A stretch of 21,283 bases of DNA, from contig JAYFMW010000002.1 in NCBI GenBank assembly GCA_042408215.1, positions 1 through 21,283 on the forward strand. The letters are read 5' to 3'. The stretch is from Microcoleus sp. (lineage in GTDB: Bacteria; Cyanobacteriota; Cyanobacteriia; Cyanobacteriales; Microcoleaceae). This document shows positions 1-7,527 of the stretch, in pieces. Each line of letters starts with the position of its first letter. Position 1 is the first letter of the stretch. A program made the position numbers and the translations under genes. The notes under the pieces were generated by a model. That model saw only the letters and a program-made list of their open reading frames with translations. It did not search any database and was not told where the DNA came from.

Positions 1-111
1 GTGGCAGATTTCATTTAGTGGATAGTCTGCTAGTACATACGCACCAGGAGAGGCAACGGTCTTTTAGTCAGTCCACAAGGTTATCAACCTCCTTTTCTAT
101 TGTACTAACTA

Positions 112-135
112 TTTTTAGATTTTAGATTTTAGATT
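112..135. repeat. Short tandem heptamer repeat (TTTTAGA)n
   Basis: tttttagattttagattttagatt, about 3 units; resembles the short tandem repeats of filamentous cyanobacteria. Confidence 0.7.
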
Positions 136-253
136 GATCCCACGGCTTGTGGCTGGTGGGGATGTCGTTTAGTGCGATCGCGAAGTGCGAGATCGGTGAG
201 GGCGATCGGGCGATCGGAAATCAGTGCGATCGACAAAAAAAGTTGATTTGTTC

Positions 254-344
254 AGGACTTATGTACTAATAACCTAATTCTGTCATTCTGAGCGAAGCGA
301 AGAATCTCAAACCTTTGGAACAGCGTCCAGACTGCGTAAGTCCT
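254..344. mobile_element. MITE-like element with AGGACTTAyGyA / TGCGTAAGTCCT terminal inverted repeats
   Basis: aggacttatgta at 254-265 and tgcgtaagtcct at 333-344; internal aattctgtcattctgagcgaagcgaagaatctc. Confidence 0.65.
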
Positions 345-375
345 ATTGTTAAAAGTGACAAATAGAGAGTTATTT

Positions 376-853
376 ATGACTGCTAAATTGATACAGGACA
401 CACCAGTATCTAAAATTGCTGAAAAATATCGACAAGAAGGCTATACAGTATTTGTTGAGCCTGAACCTGAAGACATCCCTTTCTATAGCAATCCTTGCAG
501 GAGTCGTAAATCTTTTTACCCCACCCCAACCCTCCCCTTAGTAAGGGGAGGGAGTAAGACATTCACAAATGATTTAGGATTGCTATATTTAGGGACCGAT
601 CGCTCAAATTTGATTGCAAAAAGGAACGAAGCCGAAGGTTACATAATCTAATTCAACGGTTCTGCTAGACAAACATTCATAGACAGGTTGAGATAAATTG
701 CTGAAATAGTATCTGAAAATACAGGCTGGCGTTTCTTGTTAATTACTGAAGAAGATGCTTTACTGAAAGACAACGCCAAGGAAGTAAATCTCTTATCTTG
801 GGAACAAATTTTTAGGAGAAAAACACAGATTGAACGCCTAATCTCATTAGAAC
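376..853 (+). pseudogene. Pseudogene of a small restriction-endonuclease-fold (REase_AHJR-like) protein
   Basis: ORFs 346-651 and 736-939 share one frame. Removing a 102-bp insert gives ..IAEKYRQEGYTVFVEPEPEDIPFYLGTDRSNLIAKRNEAEGYII*FNGSARQTFIDRLR*IAEIVSENTGWRFLLIT.. with in-frame TAA at 649-651 and 694-696. The 3' end is cut by a repeat at 854. Family call is from motif memory. Confidence 0.65.
484..587. mobile_element. MITE with TATAGCAATCCT / AGGATTGCTATA ends, inserted in the pseudogene
   Basis: Perfect 12-bp terminal inverted repeat at 484-495 and 576-587; internal ccctccccttagtaaggggaggg hairpin; TA target. Confidence 0.8.
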
Positions 854-991
854 AGGACTTACGCAAAGCCCTGTGTCATCCGCAAGCGTTGCGAATAATC
901 GATCGAGATTCTTCAGTTCCTTCGCGACCCTCAGAATGACAGAATTTCGTTGAAATGCGATCGCCCTTAACTTGCATTGATGGGCGATCGC
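854..991. repeat. Composite repeat: AGGACTTACGCA end, inverted copy of the 276-308 motif, and an HIP1-flanked short element
   Basis: aggacttacgca at 854-865; gagattcttc...ctcagaatgacagaatt at 905-946 is the reverse complement of 276-308 with a variant middle; gcgatcgcccttaacttgcattgatgggcgatcgc at 957-991. Confidence 0.6.
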
Positions 992-1009
992 CACTAAACA
1001 AAATCCCTA

Positions 1010-1258
1010 GTAGGGACACTCCAGGAGCCCATTAGTGTCAACTTAACTTCTAACCCAGTCACAGATTGCTGTTTGACCATTAAGCCTAGATCCCCCCTAG
1101 CCCCCCTTCTTAAGGGGGGGATAAGAGTTCGATCAAAGTCAACCCCTACTCCCCTTCTTAAGGGGGATTTAGGGGGATCTAGACTTCGCCTAAAAGCGAC
1201 ATTTATTATGGGTTTTAGGCTTAAGTTGACACCTATGGGCACGCTTGAGTGTCCCTAC
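1010..1258. mobile_element. Nested palindromic/MITE element
   Basis: Outer arms gtagggacactc (1010-1021) / gagtgtccctac (1247-1258); middle TIR gcccattagtgtcaacttaa (1027-1046) / ttaagttgacacctatgggc (1221-1240); inner pair of CCCC-TTAA-GGGG hairpins at ~1087-1181. Confidence 0.8.
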
Positions 1259-2598
1259 TTGCGTCTTCCTGACGGCGATCGCGTCGGTGCAGCTACCCCC
1301 CTGCGAGACTCAGAATTCCCCGCCCCAGAAGGCTTTTCCTGGTGCTTATCGTGCGATCGATGAGACGAATTACCACCCGGAGGAGTCCGCCGATTCTGGC
1401 GTCCGGGCTGACCTGACCGACCACCCATTTTAATCGGCTCAGCTTTGGCGTAGGGATCGGGTTCAAAACCCGCGACTACTTCTTGCGGCACAGAGCGCTT
1501 CATTAGCTTTTCGATGTCCGCTAGAAACTCGTCTTCATCCACACACACGAGGGATAGAGCTTCTCCGGGCGTACCAGCACGACCGGTGCGTCCAATGCGG
1601 TGAACGTAATCCTCGGGTACGTTGGGGAGCTCGAAATTAACCACGATCGGTAACTCGTTGATATCAATACCACGAGCGGCAATATCGGTTGCTACCAGCA
1701 CTTGTAAGCTACCGTCTTTGAATTTTGCTAAGGTGCGGGTACGCACGGATTGGCTTTTGTTACCGTGGATGGCGAGGGCGGAAATGCCTACTTGAATCAG
1801 ATGTTTGGATAGTCGATCGGCGCCGTGCTTAGTGCGGGTAAAAACTAACACCTGATACCATTTGTGCAGATTGATTAAGTGGGTGAGGAGGTCGGTTTTG
1901 CGATCGCGCGACACTTTGTAAACCTTCTGCGCGATCAATTCAACGCTGAGGTGTTGGCGCGCCACCTCGATCAACACTGGGTGGTTGAGCATTTTTTCCG
2001 CCAGTGCTTTGATCTCACTCGAAAAGGTAGCGGAAAACAGCAGGCTTTGTCGTTTAGAAGGTAGCAGGGCGAGGATGCGACGGACATCGGGGATGAATCC
2101 CATATCCAGCATTCGATCGGCTTCATCGAGTACCAGAATTTCCACCTGCGAGAGATCGATCGTCCGCTGCTGTACGTGATCGAGCAATCGGCCAGGAGTA
2201 GCGACTAGAATATCTACACCGTCTTTCAGGCGCTGGATTTGCGGATTGATGCTAACCCCGCCAAATATCGTCATCGATTTCAAGTTGAGGTATTTCCCGT
2301 ACTCGCGCACGCTTTCCTCCACCTGTGCCGCGAGTTCGCGGGTGGGCACGAGAATGAGCGATCGCACCGGCCGACGACGCATCGGCGCATCCGGGCTATT
2401 TGTCGTAGAAAGCAGTTGCAGAATCGGCAAAGTAAAACCAGCGGTTTTACCAGTACCCGTCTGCGCGCCCGCTAACAAGTCTTTCCCTGACAGGATTACA
2501 GGAATTGCCTGCATCTGAATGGGTGTAGGGTCAGTGTAACCCCGTGCGGTAACAGCACGGAGAATTTTATTGGACAGACCGAGGTTTGAAAAAGACAT
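1255..2598 (-). CDS. rhlE: DEAD-box RNA helicase, RhlE/CrhC type
   Basis: Q-motif [43 protein letters not shown]; basic disordered tail. Start moved to ATG 2598 (MSFSNLGLS) with GGAG upstream. Resembles the Anabaena cold-induced helicase CrhC. Confidence 0.93.
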   Translation of the reverse strand: MSFSNLGLSNKILRAVTARGYTDPTPIQMQAIPVILSGKDLLAGAQTGTGKTAGFTLPILQLLSTTNSPDAPMRRRPVRSLILVPTRELAAQVEESVREYGKYLNLKSMTIFGGVSINPQIQRLKDGVDILVATPGRLLDHVQQRTIDLSQVEILVLDEADRMLDMGFIPDVRRILALLPSKRQSLLFSATFSSEIKALAEKMLNHPVLIEVARQHLSVELIAQKVYKVSRDRKTDLLTHLINLHKWYQVLVFTRTKHGADRLSKHLIQVGISALAIHGNKSQSVRTRTLAKFKDGSLQVLVATDIAARGIDINELPIVVNFELPNVPEDYVHRIGRTGRAGTPGEALSLVCVDEDEFLADIEKLMKRSVPQEVVAGFEPDPYAKAEPIKMGGRSGQPGRQNRRTPPGGNSSHRSHDKHQEKPSGAGNSESRRGVAAPTRSPSGRRK

Positions 2599-2719
2599 GA
2601 AACTCCAGAAATAAAATCGGTCTGTCGCCGTTGAGGGCACCAGTCTTGAGCAGACGGATATGGATTGGAAAGGCTAATGTAGGGTGTGGTACCAAAACTG
2701 GCAGATACCGACATATATC

Positions 2720-2728
2720 ATTCTAGCA
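2720..2728 (-). promoter_or_regulatory. Candidate extended -10 promoter (TGcTAGAAT) for the helicase
   Basis: Minus strand TGCTAGAAT about 120 nt upstream of the ATG, implying a long 5' UTR. Confidence 0.4.
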
Positions 2729-2804
2729 AAATATGGTGGTACATTTACGCGATACATTTCAGATATCTTGGACAAGCCCCACAGCCGAAAATACCTCGAT
2801 AGCA

Positions 2805-3918
2805 TCACTCGTAAGAGTGAAGGGCGTACCCTTCATGAGCTTTCAACATAATATTGAAAGCACCGTTAGCATCTCTGTCAGCAACATAGCCGCATTCAGG
2901 ACACTTAAAAACTTTGTTCCCACCTAGTTTTGTGTGAATATGACCGCATTTACCACAAGTTTTGGAGGTATAAGCTTCGTTTGTTTCCACAATTATCACG
3001 CCATATCTATCAGACATAGATGTTAACAATTGCTTGAAACGATAGTGACTCCAGGTTAACATTGACCGCACCGATTTAGTATTTATTCGCCTTTTTGATT
3101 TCAACACCATCTCTGATGTTTCAAAAGTGGGAATAAATATTACCTTGTAATTGCGGACTAAATAGCTTGTGACTTGGTGATGCAATTCATCTACTAGATT
3201 GCGAATCTTAATCCGCATCCGAGATGCTGCACGAAGCAAAGAACGGCGATGATTAGCTTTAACTTGCTTTTGGTAAGCACGGCTAATTAACTTGTCAAGG
3301 TGAAAGCATAATCTAACGATTCGCTCAATGTCTCCCTTGCCAATTTCTAAAACCGTTTGGACCTCATAACCAGTTAAAAAAGTTCTTACCCCTGGGTCAA
3401 GGGCTATTAACTTATCTTGAGTGGTTGATTTAGTGGGGATGTATTCAGGAATTACCGCAAACCAACGTCTTCTATCTCGTACTAATTGAGTGCCATAATT
3501 ACAAGATTCTGGAAGTAATTGCGACGATTCAAAGATACCTCCCTTAGTTAATTGAGGGAACCAAGTCCCTTTAATAAAATTCCCATTCTTAAATTTAATT
3601 GCTGATACAGATTGACGACAACTACGAAATTTCGCTTCACCACTGTTAGCTTTTGCTTGTCTCCAAGCATCGTAAGCATCTTGGACTGCGTTGGCTTTGG
3701 GATGCCTTGGTACAGTTTTTAACCAATCTGGCAAATTGTTGAGAACTAAAGCTTCAAGGTCATAACTACTACCTTGAAAACCATTTTTGAATGCCTCAAT
3801 ACAGCGGTTATAAACAAAACGGCAACCCGCCAACCAATGCCGCCAAATCTGGCTTAATTTGCGCTCAGGATAGACCCGGATTTTCCTCGCAGAATTGGGC
3901 GTTGGTTTCGCTGTCAAT
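2805..3918 (-). CDS. tnpB: RNA-guided endonuclease TnpB of IS607 with rearranged RuvC (pro-Fanzor-like); start uncertain, frame open up to 4520
   Basis: KIRVYP..WLAGCRFVYN N-terminus; RuvC-I ALDPGVRTF; IFIPTF at the canonical Glu position; NEAYTSKTCGKCG...CPECG zinc finger; DRDANGAFNI. Confidence 0.88.
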
Positions 3919-4527
3919 TTTTGCGAGTGCCGTTTTTTGTTTTTGTATTTCCGGGTATGTCCTGAGTTTTTTTTCGTACTTACGGAGTCCGTATAGCCGA
4001 GAGGAAAAACAGTGGACGACGGACAACATATCTTGTACGAGTTCGGTTTCTGGACTGTATTTTTGTTGATAGAGAACCACGATTTTACAGTCAAATCTTT
4101 CGCACAACCATTCGATGAGGTCAAATCCGAATCTGGCAAGTCGGTCTTTGTGGGCAACGACAAGCAGTTGGATATCGCCGCTGATAATTCGTTCCAAAAT
4201 GGCGTTAAGTTTGCGCCGCCTAAAATTGAGTCCCGATCCAATTTCTGTGATGACTTCGCAGCCTGGGTAGCTTGTAGTAAGTGCTTCAATTTGTTTCTGG
4301 AGGTCATCTCGTTGGCTGGATGTTGAGACTCTGGCGTACAAGATTGTAGAAGATCGAACAGGCTCAGTTGGATCGGACTTTTGTTTAAGATATCCGGCGA
4401 TATCGTAGCGCCTTTGTCCGGCTTCGGTTTTAAAGGTGGGAATTTTACCGTCTTCTGACCATCTGGCGAGGGTTCGGGTACTAACTCCCAGAAGGTTAGC
4501 TGCTTCCCTTGGTGTGACATACGGCAT
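3865..4527 (-). CDS. tnpA: IS607 TnpA serine recombinase/transposase with N-terminal MerR-like HTH
   Basis: TPREAANLLGVSTRTLARW HTH; YARVST catalytic Ser motif; EIGSGLNF; HKDRLARFGFDL; FSSRLYGLR. Confidence 0.93.
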   Translation of the reverse strand: MPYVTPREAANLLGVSTRTLARWSEDGKIPTFKTEAGQRRYDIAGYLKQKSDPTEPVRSSTILYARVSTSSQRDDLQKQIEALTTSYPGCEVITEIGSGLNFRRRKLNAILERIISGDIQLLVVAHKDRLARFGFDLIEWLCERFDCKIVVLYQQKYSPETELVQDMLSVVHCFSSRLYGLRKYEKKLRTYPEIQKQKTALAKIDSETNAQFCEENPGLS

Positions 4528-4670
4528 GACTTTTGCTACGGAAACACTTCTGATGGTAACGGTATCTGTCTACAATATCAAGTATGTCTATTAAAGTCTG
4601 TTTAACTGCCTTTTGGTCGCAGGTCTGTCGCTACGCTTCTCAAAAGGTTTGTAGAGAATCGCTGTTTTTA

Positions 4671-4706
4671 GATACCCGACTTCATTAAAGTGCAGCGGGT
4701 ATCTGA
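4671..4706. repeat. Imperfect REP-like palindrome AGATACCCG...CGGGTATCT
   Basis: tagatacccgacttcattaaagtgcagcgggtatctg. Confidence 0.55.
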
Positions 4707-4760
4707 GTATTCTGTTTTTTTAGGTGGGCTGACTTATCTGTGGTGTCGGAAACACAAACC

Positions 4761-4908
4761 CTAGGGCGTGTTTTCAAACTACTGATTATGAACCATATCT
4801 CTCGAAGATCCCCCTAAATCCCCCTTAAAAATGGGGACTTTGAGACTCTTTCTCCCCCCTTGTTAAGGGGGGTCGGGGGGGATCTTCGAGTTGGAAAACA
4901 ACCCCTAG
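4761..4908. mobile_element. MITE-like element overlapping the GST 3' end
   Basis: ctagggcgtgttttcaaact (4761-4780) / agttggaaaacaacccctag (4889-4908); CTAG at both ends; internal gatccccctaaatcccccttaa...ttaaggggggtcgggggggatc core. Confidence 0.75.
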
Positions 4909-5556
4909 ATTACCAGATTCCCACCTTGGGTATTTCTGCATCACACGGGTGTAAATTTCCGAGTCTACAAACGCTGCTAACCAAGCTTGCAAATGCGGCC
5001 AGGACTGTTGGTTGAACCAAATTTGATCGACCTGAGCGAATTGACGAACAAAAGGTGCGATCGCCCGATCGGCCAAAGCCACAGAATTACCAAATAAATA
5101 TGTTGTCTTGCTTAACATTGCGTTGAGTCTAGCCAGATCTAAAGCACCCGACGCCCGATGGACAATTGCATCAGTGCCTTCGTAACGGTTAGGGTATTTA
5201 TAGCGATCGAGATCGGCTTTAAATCCACCATCAAATTCAGCGATTAGTTCTAACATTTCTGCAACCGAACCTTGCTCTGGCATTAACCATTTTTCAGGAT
5301 CATTTTTTGCCAAAGCCCACAACATGATATCGATACTTTCATCTAATACACGCCCGTCGATATCAATTAATACCGGCACCGTACCTTTCGGAGATACATC
5401 CAACATTTCCTGCGGTTTATCACGCAAAACAATCTCGCGTAACTCACACACTTGACCGCTCACAATCAACGCGCATCGCGCGCGCATCGCATAGGGACAG
5501 CGGCGAAAAGAATACAAAATTGGGTATACTGAAATGCTATTAACTTGTTGTATCAT
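4825..5556 (-). CDS. Glutathione S-transferase family protein
   Basis: LYSFRRCPYAMRAR, SPKGTVPVL, ESIDIM, LDRYKYPNRY, AIAPFVRQFA. Start set at ATG 5556 (AGGA upstream, overlapping the trhO stop). C-terminal tail comes from the MITE. Confidence 0.88.
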   Translation of the reverse strand: MIQQVNSISVYPILYSFRRCPYAMRARCALIVSGQVCELREIVLRDKPQEMLDVSPKGTVPVLIDIDGRVLDESIDIMLWALAKNDPEKWLMPEQGSVAEMLELIAEFDGGFKADLDRYKYPNRYEGTDAIVHRASGALDLARLNAMLSKTTYLFGNSVALADRAIAPFVRQFAQVDQIWFNQQSWPHLQAWLAAFVDSEIYTRVMQKYPRWESGNLGVVFQLEDPPRPPLTRGEKESQSPHF

Positions 5557-6487
5557 CTGGTTTTTCCTGGGAATCGTAACGAGCACCAATATGTACTTGG
5601 TTGCGACCTTTAGCAAGTTCAATTTGACGTTGCCGCTCAGATAAACCTTTTTTTTTCGCTGCGGTTTTTGAGTCATGACAATGAGGACAACTCACGCCCA
5701 GCACAAATAATTCCGAAGCCTTATCTTCCTGACTAATCGGGTTGCGACAAGCTCGACAAAGTTCATATTCACCGGGCTTTAACCCATGCACAACTGAAAC
5801 GCGCTCATCAAACACAAAACATTCGCCTTCCCAACGACTTTCTGCTGACGGCACTATTTCCAAATATTTCAAAATTCCGCCTTCCAGATGATAGACTTGA
5901 TCGAAACCTTGACTACGCAAAAATGCTGTAGATTTCTCACACCGAATGCCGCCCGTGCAGAACATCGCTACCTTGGGTTTATGGCGTAAGGCAGTTTCTT
6001 GCCGCACCCATTCTGGTAATTCCGAAAAGCTTTTTGTTTTGGGATCGATCGCGCCTTTAAAAGTGCCGATCGATACTTCGTAGTCGTTACGCACATCAAC
6101 CACAACCACATCAGGATCGTCCAACAGTTTGTTCCATTCTTCTGGCTTGACATACTCGCCAGCCATCAGGTTTGGATTAATGTCCGGTACACCCATAGTC
6201 ACGATTTCGCGCTTCAAGCGTACTTTTAGGCGATAAAAAGGTGCTTTTTCCGAGCAAGATTCTTTGTGTACCAAATCAGCCAAACGGGAGTCACGGCGCA
6301 GGAATGCCAGCACTGCTTGCACGCTTTTCGGCGAGCCTGCAATTGTGCCATTGATACCTTCTTGGGCCAGCAAAATAGTGCCTTTGACGTTGTTTTCGTT
6401 GCAGCAGGCGAGCAGCGGTGCTCTGAGTTCGGCAAAATCCGATAGTTCAACGAATTTATACAATGCAGCGGTTAAGAAATAAGTCAT
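5540..6487 (-). CDS. trhO: Rhodanese-domain tRNA uridine(34) hydroxylase TrhO (YceA/UPF0176)
   Basis: ALYKF, GTILLAQEGINGT, LKVRLKREIVTMG, DVRNDYE, FCTGGIRCEK, LEGGILKY, CFVFDERV. Confidence 0.92.
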   Translation of the reverse strand: MTYFLTAALYKFVELSDFAELRAPLLACCNENNVKGTILLAQEGINGTIAGSPKSVQAVLAFLRRDSRLADLVHKESCSEKAPFYRLKVRLKREIVTMGVPDINPNLMAGEYVKPEEWNKLLDDPDVVVVDVRNDYEVSIGTFKGAIDPKTKSFSELPEWVRQETALRHKPKVAMFCTGGIRCEKSTAFLRSQGFDQVYHLEGGILKYLEIVPSAESRWEGECFVFDERVSVVHGLKPGEYELCRACRNPISQEDKASELFVLGVSCPHCHDSKTAAKKKGLSERQRQIELAKGRNQVHIGARYDSQEKPDDTTS

Positions 6488-6684
6488 TTATTTGGTAAAT
6501 GTTCGATGGGAAAAAAGTTACCACTCATCATAGCGAAATGCAAGTATATAGCATATTTTGCAACAATTTGTTACCGAAATTTTCGAGATAATAATTAGGT
6601 TTGGTTGCCCGATAACTGAGTTATTGCTAATTTTAGATCTCCCTCGGTATCAATGCAGGTTTGTTTGGGAAGGCAAATTGATTG

Positions 6685-6912
6685 CTAAAGGGATTCAAAG
6701 CTGGCGGTGAAACCTTTTATGGTGAGGCATTCTTCCGTGAATTCCTCTGCGTCATTGACGTTTTCGAGCTGATATTCCATGATCCGCTGTCCGTCGCCTT
6801 TCATCTTTTTGGAGGAGAGTGGCGTGCCCGGATATTTGGCAGCGATGGCTTTGAAGTCTTTGGAATGGGTATCCCAGCTTTCGGCAGAACAGTTAATGAT
6901 TACACGCCACAT
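6685..6912 (-). CDS. Small hypothetical protein (75 aa)
   Basis: Clean ATG-start ORF with AGGA upstream and protein-like composition. Confidence 0.65.
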   Translation of the reverse strand: MWRVIINCSAESWDTHSKDFKAIAAKYPGTPLSSKKMKGDGQRIMEYQLENVNDAEEFTEECLTIKGFTASFESL

Positions 6913-7005
6913 GATTAAATTCCTGGTTGGGTTTGGTTTGCGAATAGTCTGGATCTTATTGTGTCACGATCGGGTAAATGGCAGGCGCGATCGCGGAAGT
7001 CGGTT

Positions 7006-7344
7006 TCACGACACTGCAAATTCGGTGATGCGTCGCCTATTTTCCGATTTGAAGCCTAGAACAATCTGCTGTTTGGGAATTAAGAGCGCTACAAGTTCAC
7101 TCGCAACACCATCTTCTGTACCGTCTTGTTGAATCCAGATTTTGTGATTAATGATATCCATATGAATCAGGACTCCATAAATTCGTCGCTGCTATTGCCA
7201 GCCAATTTCAATCAGTAAATATCGCTCGTTTTTTTCATCTATAATTAATTGTGGTTGGGTTTCCTGGTCGTTTTTCATAAATTCGATATAGTCTTCTAAG
7301 ACGTTAATAACTACCTGTTTTAAGCTGATGGTTATGGTATCCAT
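7006..7344 (-). pseudogene. xisI: XisI protein gene with an internal amber stop (absent from the ORF track)
   Basis: Manual translation: MDTITISLKQVVINVLEDYIEFMKNDQETQPQLIIDEKNERYLLIEIGWQ*QRRIYGVLIHMDIINHKIWIQQDGTEDGVASELVALLIPKQQIVLGFKSENRRRITEFAVS; TAG at 7192-7194. Confidence 0.88.
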
Positions 7345-7527
7345 TTTATAATAGACATCTCCGAAATAAAAATTATTGGCGCGATCGCAGATAGTCTAAA
7401 ATAGAATTTTACCGATAAAAAGACACATGAGTCAGCCTTTTGCCCTCTTTTTTAACTGGTCACTTATTTCTGCCAGTCTGGTCTAGCCTTCTCAGTATAC
7501 TGTGTTGATTGATGATTTCGTTAAACT

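Larger units (their letters stand above)
2737..4608 (-). mobile_element. IS607-family element (tnpA serine recombinase + tnpB); ends approximate
   Basis: tnpA and tnpB overlap. Short direct repeats at both ends (ggtacattt/gatacattt/gatatctt at 2738-2769; spaced AGAC repeats on the minus strand at 4568-4600). No TIRs or TSD; TG dinucleotide at both inferred junctions. Confidence 0.8.

Noticed and set aside
1..165. Possible IS200/IS605 left end and tnpB start (minus-strand AAGGAGG at ~88-94)
   Set aside because: The frames after the SD-like site stop within a few codons and the window edge prevents confirmation
994..1433. ORFs 994-1242, 1073-1363 and 1245-1433
   Set aside because: Translations of the palindromic repeat (PPKSPLRRG-type) or antisense to the helicase; spurious
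5557..5676. 40-aa N-terminal extension of the GST
   Set aside because: Lies inside trhO in another frame; the GST domain begins after Met41
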